64,000 bases of DNA from Bifidobacteriaceae bacterium UBA2724 (GTDB lineage: Bacteria; Actinomycetota; Actinomycetes; Actinomycetales; Bifidobacteriaceae): the NCBI GenBank assembly GCA_002353815.1, contig DEKK01000012.1, positions 117,154 through 181,153 on the forward strand, given 5' to 3'. How positions within the stretch are numbered: position 1 is the first letter of the stretch; each line of letters opens with the position of its first letter. Below the pieces are notes generated by a model that had not been told where the DNA came from, did no database searches, and saw only the letters and a list, made by a program, of their open reading frames with translations. Shown in pieces: positions 48,229 through 57,902 of this stretch. Made by a program: the position numbers and the translations under genes.

Positions 48229-49386
48229 TCACGCGCCCTCGCGCTTGGCGACGATGAGCTGGGAAGCGCATTCCACGGCTTCCTCGGGGTCGTCGGTCAC
48301 GCGGAACAGATTCGGGTCGAAGCTCGAGATCATGCCGCGCGCCTGCAGCGTGCCGCCGATCCAGTCAAGAAGCCCGCTCCAGTATTCCGAGTCATACAGC
48401 ACGATCGGCAGCATCGCGGTCTTGTGCGTCTGCACCAGCGTGAGACATTCGAACAGCTCGTCCATGGTGCCGAATCCGCCAGGGCACACGATGATGCCGG
48501 ACGAATACTTGACGAACATGGTCTTGCGCACAAAGAAGTAGCGGAAGCTCATGCCCAGGTTGACGTACGGATTGATTCCCTGCTCGTGCGGAAGCTCGAT
48601 GCCAAGGCCCACGGACACGCCGCCTGCGAGCGCCGCGCCTTTGTTGGCGGCTTCCATGATGCCGGGGCCGCCACCCGTGATGACGGCGATGCTGCGCCGT
48701 GCGGCGAGCTCGCCCATTTTCTGCGCGGCGTCGTAATCCGGCGTGTTGCGCTTGACGCGCGCGGAACCGAACACGCAGATGGCGGGCCCCAGCTCGGCGA
48801 GTGCGCCGAAGCCGTCCACGAACTCGGCCTGGATGCGCAACACGCGCCACGGGTCCATGTGCAGCCAGTCGGTGGATTCGTCATTGTCAAGGAGATGCCC
48901 GGAAGTGGTGCCGTTCTGCGGGATCATGGACCCGCGGTAGATGACGGGGCCGCGGCGGTAGGCGTCGCCCAGCGGCGACTTCGCATCGGCGTCGCTGGCA
49001 TCATGCGGATCCTGGGGATCCGAATCGCTTCTGAGGGTGTCGGGATTGATGTTCATCTTTCCACGATAGGTCCGATTCGCGACGTTCGGCGCCCCGCTGG
49101 ATGCCAGCGCCTCGCTGGACGCCGGCGCCTCGCTGGACGCCGGCGCCGGGATGGTCTTCATCGCGTCTCCGGTGCCGTTGTCCGCGCCGTTTTCGTGGGA
49201 TTGAGCGGGCGTCGCGCCTTTCGCAACGCCCGTGTTCCGGCGACCCTCGTCTGCGATTCCGGTCCCCGGCATGCCGTCGGCATCGCCGTGCCTTTCATCG
49301 AATCCACCTGCCATGCCGAGCGCCTCGGCCTCGTACAGATCCTCGGGTTCGTCCTCTGCCGTCCTGTAGCGGAAATACTTCCTCAT
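48229..49386 (-). CDS. LOG family (TIGR00730) nucleotide-binding protein
   Basis: DPWRVLRIQAEF, VFGSAR, ITGGGPGIMEAANKG, FRYFFVRKTMF, PGGFGTMDELFE. The N-terminal ~130 aa are low-complexity, so the start is uncertain. Confidence 0.88.
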   Translation of the reverse strand: MRKYFRYRTAEDEPEDLYEAEALGMAGGFDERHGDADGMPGTGIADEGRRNTGVAKGATPAQSHENGADNGTGDAMKTIPAPASSEAPASSEALASSGAPNVANRTYRGKMNINPDTLRSDSDPQDPHDASDADAKSPLGDAYRRGPVIYRGSMIPQNGTTSGHLLDNDESTDWLHMDPWRVLRIQAEFVDGFGALAELGPAICVFGSARVKRNTPDYDAAQKMGELAARRSIAVITGGGPGIMEAANKGAALAGGVSVGLGIELPHEQGINPYVNLGMSFRYFFVRKTMFVKYSSGIIVCPGGFGTMDELFECLTLVQTHKTAMLPIVLYDSEYWSGLLDWIGGTLQARGMISSFDPNLFRVTDDPEEAVECASQLIVAKREGA

Positions 49387-49871
49387 TGTTCAGTTATCCT
49401 TCTGTTGTCGTGCCGCTTCTCTCATTCCTTTTTCATGCGGCCTGTGTGTTCTTTTCGCTTCTTTTTCTTGGAGTGATTCCAGTGTATGGCTGCAGGATAA
49501 GCACGGGGCAACGGACGGTGAACGGATTGCGGCGGGAACGCGAAATGCTGGGAAACGCGGGGCACGGAGAGGAAAGGAGACGGGGCGGACCGTCTCTTTC
49601 AATCGACGTGCGCCGCATGCTCTTCCGGTGCCGCATTCGCAGCACAGGAAAATGCCGGCGTCACAGCATCATTGCACCCGCAATGGCAACCCCGCCCGCT
49701 TCCCCTCACCCTCCCAGACGGCCCCTCGCCAGACACGACAAAAGCCGGCGCCATCCCAACGGATGACACCGGCTCATAGTCATGCACATGGTGCGAAATG
49801 CGGCCAAGGCCTCGCGGCGGGCCACGGCGGCGAAGTCTGGAGACTGACGTGCCGGCCCGCGCGCGACCCGA

Positions 49872-51305
49872 TCAGTCCAGTCCCTCGTCGTCCTCGGGCT
49901 GCGGGCCTTCGGCGGCGACCTCGGAGGCCACGTCGGCGGCGGACGTTTCGACATACGGGAACGCGGCATCGCCATCCACGTGGCTCATGTCGGCGAGCTC
50001 GGCGGCGTCCTTCTCCGACAGCTTCGGAGCCTCGGCCTTCATGCGCGCCACCTTGGCCGTGTAACGCTTGGACTGGTGGGCCAGCAGCACGCTGGCGATC
50101 ACGGCGGACAGGATCGAGCCCACGAGGACGCCAAGGCGAGCCTCGCCCGACAGCTCGGAGTTCTTGAAGGCCAGCGACGCGATGAGGAACGACACGGTGA
50201 AGCCGATGCCGCAGGCGGTCGCCATCGGGAACAGGTCGCGCACGCGCAGCCCCTTGGCAAGCTTCAGACCTGCGACGTGGGTGGTGAACCACGAGACGAG
50301 CATGACGCCGCACGGCTTGCCGACGATGAGGGCGAGCGCGATGCCCATGACGAGCGGCGAGGTGAACATGTGCACGCCCAGGTTGTCGAAATGGATGCCC
50401 GTGGCGAACAACGCGAAGATCGGCAGCGCCAGAAGCGCGGAGAACGGATTGAGCTTGTCATGGTAGCGCTCGGCGCGCGGGGAATCCTCGTCGTGGATGA
50501 CGTTCGCCGGGGTCAGCAGGCCGACGAGTACGCCCGCAAGCGTGGGATGGATGCCGGCTTCGAACATCATGATCCATGCCAGGATTCCATCGGCCGCGAC
50601 GAGTATCCACGGGACCTTCGTCATGCGCACGAGCAGGCTCCACACCACTGCGCACACCACGATGCCGAGGAACCAGTACCATTCGTTGACCGACGAGAAG
50701 CACACGGCGATGACGATGATGCCCAGCAGGTCGTCGACGGTCGCCAGAGTCATGAGGAATGCGCGGATGGCACCGGGCAACGCCTTGGCGAACAGCGCCA
50801 GGATGGCCAGGGAGAACGCGATGTCCGTGGCGGTGGGCACTGCCCAGCCGTGCGCCACTTCGCTGAACGGGTGGACCGTGCTGTCGCCGACGACCTCGTT
50901 GCCGACGCCGCCGGGCCCGAGCTGCGAGAACAGCTTGGAGACACACAGGAACACGACGGGCGGCACGGCCATGCCGCCCACTGCCGCGAGCATCGGCACC
51001 GCCGCGGCCTTGGGGTTCGACAGCGAGCCGGACGTGAGCTCCTGTTTGAGGTCGAGGCCGACGCACAGGAAGAACAGCGTCAGCAGGCCGTCCTGCGCCC
51101 ATTCGGACACCGACAGGTAGAAATCGGTGTTGGGAATGCCGATCTTGGTCTCGGACAGCCCGATGAACCAATGGTAGGTGAATGGCAGATTGGCGAGCAG
51201 AAGGCCGACGAAGGCGAAGCCCAGCATGATGAGGCCACTCGAACGATCCGACGAAGCAAGTCTGCGAAGTTTGGTCCCGATGCTGACTTTTTCTGACGAG
51301 CTCAT
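49872..51305 (-). CDS. nhaA: Na+/H+ antiporter NhaA
   Basis: WAQDGLLTLFF, GWAVPTATDIAF, TLATVDD, GIHPTLAGV, LIVGKP, CGIGFTVS. Confidence 0.95.
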   Translation of the reverse strand: MSSSEKVSIGTKLRRLASSDRSSGLIMLGFAFVGLLLANLPFTYHWFIGLSETKIGIPNTDFYLSVSEWAQDGLLTLFFLCVGLDLKQELTSGSLSNPKAAAVPMLAAVGGMAVPPVVFLCVSKLFSQLGPGGVGNEVVGDSTVHPFSEVAHGWAVPTATDIAFSLAILALFAKALPGAIRAFLMTLATVDDLLGIIVIAVCFSSVNEWYWFLGIVVCAVVWSLLVRMTKVPWILVAADGILAWIMMFEAGIHPTLAGVLVGLLTPANVIHDEDSPRAERYHDKLNPFSALLALPIFALFATGIHFDNLGVHMFTSPLVMGIALALIVGKPCGVMLVSWFTTHVAGLKLAKGLRVRDLFPMATACGIGFTVSFLIASLAFKNSELSGEARLGVLVGSILSAVIASVLLAHQSKRYTAKVARMKAEAPKLSEKDAAELADMSHVDGDAAFPYVETSAADVASEVAAEGPQPEDDEGLD

Positions 51306-51909
51306 GCTGCTTCCATCCTTCCCTGCGCGCGGTGACGCGATGACACACAACGGCAATATGCCGATGCGCTTCGTTTGCCGTGGCCAAATGACTTGTTTTC
51401 AACGGATTTCGCAATTTTCATGCGTTCTGTTTTCTGAAAGTTCATCATATTAGGTGCGTGTATCCGGAAAATAACGCGAATGAGATTTCGTCCACGAGCC
51501 AAGACAGCGGCATCGGCCTGACAACATCTAGGATGCAAGGACCATGGGGCCGGGAGGGTGGATTAGCGAGGCTGGCCCACGGAACGACGAGAGGCCGGGG
51601 GTAGGCGGCGATGCGAGGCCGGACGGAGAGACGGCGCAAGACCGGATGCAAGGACCAACGGCGGGGCGATGAACGCAAGAACGGGTGTCGGACGGCGGGG
51701 CCTCCGACCGCGACACGAGAACGGAGACGGCAGGGTTCCAGCCGCGGCACGAGGGCACGCGCCTCCTGGCCACGACGGTTCCTGGATGACTCTGGAGTCA
51801 ACGGCCGTCGCATCCTTCGAGGAGGCGGAAACCATGCGCGACACGCCGTAGTTGCGCTCCAGAGTCGATGACTCTAACATTCAGAAATGTTGTGAGCAAT
51901 CACAATGTT

Positions 51910-51983
51910 GCGCCAGTAGCCCAATGGATTAGAGCAGCTGACTACGGATCAGCAGGTTGCAGGTTCGAATCCTGTCTGGCGCA
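51910..51983 (+). tRNA. tRNA-Arg(ACG)
   Basis: Acceptor stem GCGCCAG/CTGGCGC, anticodon arm GCTGA-CTACGGA-TCAGC, T-loop TTCGAAT. CCA is not encoded. Confidence 0.97.
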
Positions 51984-52324
51984 CAAGCAATCCGCGGCAA
52001 TCCCGCGGATTTTTTGTTTTCAGAGTACCTTCTTCTTTCGCTGAAGGCGTCGGGTTGCTGATCACGGTCTGTTGGTCACGGTTTGTTGATCACGGCCCCG
52101 ATCCGACGGGCACCGCCTTTTCCTTGACTTTCCTGCCCCGTTTCCACGGCCCGAGCCGGTTCAAAACTCACGCCTCACCCCTGGCGCCGACCCTCCCCGC
52201 ACCTCCCCCACGACACGAAAACAAGACACGCCGTTTTGGTGAATTCTGCGGAACGTGGTTATTATATGTGAGTTGCCGCAAGGGGAACGAAGATGAATTC
52301 TTCGGTTCCTTCGCAAGCAGCGTT

Positions 52325-52398
52325 GCGCCAGTAGCCCAATGGATTAGAGCAGCTGACTACGGATCAGCAGGTTGCAGGTTCGAATCCTGTCTGGCGCA
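52325..52398 (+). tRNA. tRNA-Arg(ACG), identical second copy
   Basis: Same 74-nt sequence as 51910-51983, followed by an AAAGCCCG...CGGGCTTTT terminator-like hairpin. Confidence 0.97.
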
Positions 52399-52695
52399 CA
52401 AGGAAAGCCCGAAACCGAATGGTTCCGGGCTTTTCAATTCCGGAACCATTCAATTCTCTGGCATTGCGCGTTTCAATCTCAACGCGATTCGAACCACGAT
52501 CCCCAACGCCCTCACAAGGCACCCGCGCCTGATATGACATTGCTCCGCCCCTCCGCAGTTATGTGATGTCGCATCGCACAGGCACGCAGTCCCCCGCCCT
52601 CAGGAACCTCGGAAAACACAAAGGGCATGCCGACCAGGCATGCCCTCGCAACCATCATCCGGCGTCCGTCAACGACAGGACGCGGATGAGGTGCA

Positions 52696-53163
52696 TCAGA
52701 ACAGGAACGGAACCGCCATGATGAAGTCGAAGACGGATGACATCGCCGAGGAAATCGCGGAACGGAACAGCAGCAGGAACACGAACCCCAGGACCATCCA
52801 GATCAGCTGCGCCTTGGCCCAGTTCTTGAGGTTCGGGTTCATGGTTGAGCTGGCGGCGAGCACAATCGCACAGATGAGGCCGACGATCGGGAAAGAGAAC
52901 AGCAGGATCCACAGGAAGTACTGACCGGTTCCGATGACCGGTGCCTGCTGCGCCCCCGCAGGCTGCGCCGGAGCGGGCTGGGCAGGGGTGCCGTTGTAAG
53001 CCGGAGCCGCAGTGTTATAGGTAGGAGCGGCATTATATGTCGGGGCAGCGTTGTTATAGGTGGGAGCGGCGTTATAAGCCGGAGCAGCGTTGTTATAGGT
53101 GGGAGCGGCATTGTAAGCCGGAGCAGGCTGCTGCATGTTCGAAGGATCAGTTCCATAAGTCAT
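52696..53163 (-). CDS. Hypothetical membrane protein with N-terminal P(A/T)YN(N)AA repeats and two TM helices
   Basis: ATG 53163 after GAAAGAAGAG. Seven PxYN units, then YFLWILLFSFPIVGLICAIVLA...NPNLKNWAKAQLIW. Confidence 0.75.
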   Translation of the reverse strand: MTYGTDPSNMQQPAPAYNAAPTYNNAAPAYNAAPTYNNAAPTYNAAPTYNTAAPAYNGTPAQPAPAQPAGAQQAPVIGTGQYFLWILLFSFPIVGLICAIVLAASSTMNPNLKNWAKAQLIWMVLGFVFLLLFRSAISSAMSSVFDFIMAVPFLF

Positions 53164-53372
53164 GATTTCTCTTCTTTCAGTTATGACATTTTGCGAACAC
53201 GTCAGGATCAACAATTGCCATGATAACCATAGTGGTCCCAAACAGGGACATCTTGTCACTTGGCAAGACAACCAATCCAACCGTGGTCTCTGGCACGGGG
53301 ATCATTCCCCGGGGCCGAAGCCGGAATCCCGGACCTCCGACCGCGGAAGGCACCAAGGCGCACGGTCGGAGA

Positions 53373-54479
53373 TCACGCCATGCTGATCCGGTCGAGCGGC
53401 ATGGCGGAGTCGATGGCGAAATCGGGGTGGGACGGACGGACGCCGGCCTCGACGAGGTTCGAGCCCAGCATGGCGACCATGGCGCCGTTGTCGGTGCACA
53501 GTTTGATTTCGGGGATCCGCACGTCCACACCAGCCTCCTTGCCCGCCTCGGCGAGCGCGGCACGCAGCTGGGAGTTGGCGGAGAAGCCGCCGCCGACGAT
53601 CAGGGTGGTCGCATCGAATTTCCTGCAGGCGCTCATGGCCTTGCGGCTGAGGACCGTGGCGACCGAGTTCGCCAGTGACGCGCACACGTCGTCGACCGGC
53701 ACATCGAGGCCATCGGCGCGGCGGGATTCCACCCAGCGTGCAACGGCGGTCTTGACCCCGGAGAAACTGAAGTCGAACGGATGCTCGGCGCCGGCACGCC
53801 CCTGGGTGAGCCCCATGGGCACTTTCAGCGCATTCGGGTCGCCATGCTGGGCATGTCTGTCGATATGCGGCCCTCCCGGATAGGGGAATCCCAGAAGGCG
53901 CGCGACCTTGTCGAAGCACTCCCCCGCCGCGTCGTCGAGCGTGCTGCCCACGACCTCGACATGCGTGGCGATGTCGGTGACGCGCAGCAGCGACGTATGC
54001 CCGCCCGACACGATGAGGGCCAGCGTGTTGTCAGGCAGTTCGCCGAACTGCAGCTGCGTCACGCACACATGCCCGATCACGTGGTTGATACCGTAGATTG
54101 GCTTGCCGGCGGCCCAGGCGAGAGCCTTGGCGCCCGAGACGCCCACGGCGAGGCATCCCGCGAGCCCAGGCCCCGCCGACACCGCTATCGCATCGACGTC
54201 GCCGATGTCCATACCGGCGTCGGACAGCGCCTTCGACACGACGGGCACGAAAGCCTCGGCGTGGGCGCGGCTGGCGATCTCGGGGATCACGCCGCCGTAC
54301 CGCGCGTGCTCGTCCATCGACGAGGCGACGACGTTGCTCAGCAGCGTGCGTCCGCGCACCACGGCCGCCGCCGTCTCGTCGCACGTCGATTCGATGCCCA
54401 GCACCACCGGGCCATTCGCCAGGTCATACCGGACGGCGGGCATGGGGCTTGCGCCCGGTTGCGAAATCTCATTCGTCAT
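53373..54479 (-). CDS. tsaD: tRNA t6A N6-threonylcarbamoyltransferase
   Basis: LGIESTCDET, YGGVIPEIASRAH, NHVIGH, VSGGHT, DDAAGECFDK, FSFSGVKT, CTDNGAMVA. Confidence 0.97.
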   Translation of the reverse strand: MTNEISQPGASPMPAVRYDLANGPVVLGIESTCDETAAAVVRGRTLLSNVVASSMDEHARYGGVIPEIASRAHAEAFVPVVSKALSDAGMDIGDVDAIAVSAGPGLAGCLAVGVSGAKALAWAAGKPIYGINHVIGHVCVTQLQFGELPDNTLALIVSGGHTSLLRVTDIATHVEVVGSTLDDAAGECFDKVARLLGFPYPGGPHIDRHAQHGDPNALKVPMGLTQGRAGAEHPFDFSFSGVKTAVARWVESRRADGLDVPVDDVCASLANSVATVLSRKAMSACRKFDATTLIVGGGFSANSQLRAALAEAGKEAGVDVRIPEIKLCTDNGAMVAMLGSNLVEAGVRPSHPDFAIDSAMPLDRISMA

Positions 54480-55119
54480 GGTTGTCCTTCCCTGCCAGAC
54501 CTTGCGTTTCCATGGCACCCGCGGCAGCCGTTTGCTGCGACACGGGAAGCGCGAATCCGACGACGCGCGGGGCAAGGTCCACCGCCATCACATAGGCGTC
54601 TTTGTTCTCTGGCTGATAATAACGCCTGCGCAGCCCGATGCGCTCGAACCCATGCCGGGTGTACACCGCGAGCGCGGGCGCGTTGTCCGTGCGCACCTCG
54701 AGCAGCATGCGCCGGGCCCCCTGCGCGCGGGCGGATTCGAGCAAGGCGTCGAGCAGGGCGCTGGCGATGCCGCGGCGCTGCCAGCGTTCGCCGACCCCGA
54801 CGGTCATGAGCTCGGCGTCGTCGCCGTCGAACCAGTATCCCGCGTATCCGCGCACCACGTCGGGCGCCTCCGCATCTGCGGGCGCGGAGGCGGAAGCGGT
54901 ATCGGCCGCTGTGCCATCGGCTGCCGCGCCGGCCGCGCCATCGGTCGTTTCTCCGGCCACGGCGGCATCCACGGCTGGCTCGACGTCCACAAGATAATGC
55001 CTGGCGGGCGCATGGAATTCTTCGTCGAGCATGGTCCGGCTCCATCCTCCCTTGCCGAAGAGCTGCGATTCAAGCTCGGCCACCTGGCCGAGGTCGGATT
55101 CGCGCATGGCGCGGATCAC
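54469..55119 (-). CDS. rimI: Ribosomal-protein-alanine N-acetyltransferase
   Basis: QRRGIASAL, LEVRTDNAPALAVY, GLRRRYYQPE, DAYVM. Ala-rich internal insertion. GTG start. Confidence 0.9.
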   Translation of the reverse strand: MIRAMRESDLGQVAELESQLFGKGGWSRTMLDEEFHAPARHYLVDVEPAVDAAVAGETTDGAAGAAADGTAADTASASAPADAEAPDVVRGYAGYWFDGDDAELMTVGVGERWQRRGIASALLDALLESARAQGARRMLLEVRTDNAPALAVYTRHGFERIGLRRRYYQPENKDAYVMAVDLAPRVVGFALPVSQQTAAAGAMETQGLAGKDNHDE

Positions 55120-56063
55120 CGGACATCGCCCTTCGTCTCACCGTCGGAGGCTTCCTTGGGATTCCCATCCGGCACGCGCGGCGACGCGGATGTGTCCGCC
55201 GGCGCCGTCCCGCGCTTCTCCGCTTCTTTCTGCAGATCCTCGGCGGTCATCACGTGCTTGAGCGGCGCAGGCTGGGACACGTCGGGGCGGCGCAGATAGA
55301 GGGGTTCGGTGGGGCATCCGTCGCCAGCCTTCAGATGGGCCAGCGCAAGGCGCTCCATGATGGCCGGCCCTTCCGCCCCGGCTCCATGCAGGGCCGAGTC
55401 ATCGAGCACCTGTCCGAGCGCGACGATGCCCTGGAACGCGTCGATGTAGCGCAGCGCGCCCTTGCCGCAAATGTCGATGACGATCTCTCCGCCTTCCGGA
55501 GTGTCGCGGCCGCGCAGCCATTCGTTGATGCGGTGCGCGATATGCCCCGCGTAGGCGATGTCCATGTCGAGGATGCGGTGCGGGATGGGGCTGTCCGGAC
55601 GCTTCTCATACAGCGCGTAATACAGCTGCTTGCGCCGAGCGTCATTGACCGCCAGGGTCAGATGGCGGCGTCCGTCGGGATTCGTCATCGAATCCACCCA
55701 CACGGCCTGCGGTTCGAGGATGTCCTGGCCAAGCACCTGCGCTCCTGTCGCCAGGCCGATTGCACGCGCGGCGACGATGCCGGCGCGCAGCCCGGTGAAC
55801 GGGGCCGGGCCGGTTCCCACCACGACGCGTCGGATGTCGGCGGGGACCAGGCCCGCCTCGGCCACCATGGAGTCGATGGCCGGCTGGAGCTTTTCGACGT
55901 GCGAGCGCGAATCGGGCTCGTAATGGGGCTCGTGCCCCACCACGCCCACCGTCGCGCCGAACGACGTGTCGATGACGAGCGTCGGCACGTCGTCGCCGGC
56001 TGGTTCTTGGTTGTTGTTGGCAGTGCTCGTGGCGCGGGCACCGCTGTGTGCTGTATCCATCAT
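55116..56063 (-). CDS. tsaB: t6A complex subunit TsaB
   Basis: LVIDTS, HVEKLQP, VGTGPAPFTGLRAG, DARRKQLY, PLYLRRPD. Confidence 0.93.
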   Translation of the reverse strand: MMDTAHSGARATSTANNNQEPAGDDVPTLVIDTSFGATVGVVGHEPHYEPDSRSHVEKLQPAIDSMVAEAGLVPADIRRVVVGTGPAPFTGLRAGIVAARAIGLATGAQVLGQDILEPQAVWVDSMTNPDGRRHLTLAVNDARRKQLYYALYEKRPDSPIPHRILDMDIAYAGHIAHRINEWLRGRDTPEGGEIVIDICGKGALRYIDAFQGIVALGQVLDDSALHGAGAEGPAIMERLALAHLKAGDGCPTEPLYLRRPDVSQPAPLKHVMTAEDLQKEAEKRGTAPADTSASPRVPDGNPKEASDGETKGDVR

Positions 56064-56284
56064 GTGCGCCTTCCTTGTGGTTTCCTGTCAGGTCTTCGTG
56101 CGCGGCGCGATGCCGAGTCCGAGGCGTGCGCGTCCGCTTTCATGCGGCGGTCCGGCGATCCGGATCGGCCCATTCGGCCGTCGCACCGATTGCGCAGCGC
56201 TGGCACGTGTCGGGCGGCATCATGCATGCCGCGATGCCGCCATCGCTCCGCCATTCGGTGCGCGTTCCGCCGCCTATCGAGTCG

Positions 56285-56881
56285 TCACGCCGGGCGGGCG
56301 TCCTCCACGCAGCGGCACAGCGAATCCATGCGCCGTCCCCAGCCCACGCCACGGAACGTCACGATGCGGGCGCCGTCGCTGGTGAGCACGTCGCCCCGTG
56401 AGGGGGCGGCGGGGCGCTCGATGCCGATTTCAAGCCTGTTGTCAGCCAGTTCCGCGGCCATCGCGCTGCCCCATTCGATGAGCACCACGGTGCCGGGACC
56501 GGGGTCTTCGAGTTCCTCGTCCAATCCCAGGGACTCGAGCTCGTCCATCAGCCTCGTCGCCGCCACCTGAGGACGGTCGTCGGAGCCGGGGAGCCGATAG
56601 GCGTCCACGTGCACCAGCGTGGCCGGCGCCCCATCGCCGAAACGCCCACGGAGTTCCCGGGCGATGGTGAACGTCGGCGACACGACCGGGCCGTCCACGG
56701 CCAGTCCCGTCCCCACTCCTTGTGCGAAAGTCGTTTTTCCGGCGCCGAGGGGCCCCGACAGAACCACGACGTCGCCTCCGTGCAGCACGGACGCCACGGC
56801 CGCCCCTAGGGCATGCATGGCCTCGGTCGTAGGCGCCCCCACGCTGAACGATGCTCCGTCCGACGGATTGTCGCCGCTCAT
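56285..56881 (-). CDS. tsaE: t6A complex ATPase TsaE
   Basis: LSGPLGAGKTTF, SPTFTI, HVDAYRL, LIEWG. ATGA overlap with holA. Confidence 0.95.
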   Translation of the reverse strand: MSGDNPSDGASFSVGAPTTEAMHALGAAVASVLHGGDVVVLSGPLGAGKTTFAQGVGTGLAVDGPVVSPTFTIARELRGRFGDGAPATLVHVDAYRLPGSDDRPQVAATRLMDELESLGLDEELEDPGPGTVVLIEWGSAMAAELADNRLEIGIERPAAPSRGDVLTSDGARIVTFRGVGWGRRMDSLCRCVEDARPA

Positions 56882-57846
56882 CTCATCCTCCCTTTGGAAC
56901 CAATGCATTCGATGGCGCGCTCCAGCGCATACACGGGGTCGCCTTGGTTGCTTTTGCTCTGGCTGTCGGCTTCGGCAAGCGCTTCGAAACAGGCACTCAT
57001 GCCATGCCCGTCCCAACCCCGTAGCTCGGACCTGAGCTGCGGGATCTTCCATTCGGGCGCGCCGACCTGGGATTCGTTGATGTCGCCCGACACCAGGGCG
57101 CCCACTTTCGCCAGCGACCTCATGCGTCCCGCGAGCGCCCCGACGATGACCGTCGGCGCGATGCCCTGCTCGACGGCGGCGCGCATCTTGACGATGGCCC
57201 CCGGCACGTCACCCGCGGCCGCAGTGTCGGCGACGTCGAAGCCCGTGGTCTGCGGATCCGCCGTCATGTATTCGTTGACGATCTGCAGGGTGATGGGGTT
57301 GTCGTCGAAATCCATGCACAGCTGCTCGCACATGGCGTACAGCTCGCCCGGATTATCGCCCATGATCGCTGCGAGCTGCTGCGCCGCGCGGTAGTCGATG
57401 GAACGGTTGAGGCTTTGGAACCGCTGGAGCACGAAATTGACCTGCGCCTTGGGTTTGCGCAGGTCGGGGATCGGGTCCTTGTATGCGCCGGCCTTCACCA
57501 TGGCGTCGAGGATGCGTTTGCCCTTCATGCCGCCGTCGTGCCGGCAGATGAGCACGGCCTCGGCGCCCGCCGGGTCCTTCGTCACCTCGGCGGTGTAGGC
57601 GGCGATGCGCTCGCCCACCGATGGGTCGATGTCCTGCAGGTCGAGCAACGTGACGATGCTCTGGGCAGCGAGGAAGGACGGGCTGACGGCGTCGTAGAAA
57701 TCGGCTTCGGTCACGGAGGCACCCTGCAGCTCGACCTCGTCGGCGTCGGGGAACGAAGCCCGCGCCTGCCGCTTGAGCTCGCGGATCCTTTGGGAGCCGA
57801 GGAACTCGTTGCCCCCGTACACGATCGTCACCGGATAGAATGCCAT
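56878..57846 (-). CDS. holA: DNA polymerase III subunit delta
   Basis: Actinobacterial HolA features (SPSFLA, HDGGMKGKRILD, TGFDVAD, PEWKI, DPVYALE) in the conserved comEC-holA context. The start could be 57906. Confidence 0.88.
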   Translation of the reverse strand: MAFYPVTIVYGGNEFLGSQRIRELKRQARASFPDADEVELQGASVTEADFYDAVSPSFLAAQSIVTLLDLQDIDPSVGERIAAYTAEVTKDPAGAEAVLICRHDGGMKGKRILDAMVKAGAYKDPIPDLRKPKAQVNFVLQRFQSLNRSIDYRAAQQLAAIMGDNPGELYAMCEQLCMDFDDNPITLQIVNEYMTADPQTTGFDVADTAAAGDVPGAIVKMRAAVEQGIAPTVIVGALAGRMRSLAKVGALVSGDINESQVGAPEWKIPQLRSELRGWDGHGMSACFEALAEADSQSKSNQGDPVYALERAIECIGSKGRMR

Positions 57847-57902
57847 ACCTGCTAATCTACACGCCGCAGCCCCGCCGCGCCGCATCGTTCGCCCAGAGCG
57901 CA

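Noticed and set aside
49390-49870. Small gene or ncRNA between LOG and nhaA
   Set aside because: The short ORFs have no convincing start signals or motifs, and I recognise no RNA structure.
51306-51540. nhaA-associated (Li+/Na+) riboswitch
   Set aside because: A hairpin (ACGGCAA/TTGCCGT) is present, but I could not match the conserved nucleotides of the known motifs. An Infernal/Rfam search would settle it.
51910-52398. Integrated element between duplicated tRNA ends (attL/attR)
   Set aside because: Both copies are complete tRNAs only about 340 bp apart. No integrase or cargo gene is present.
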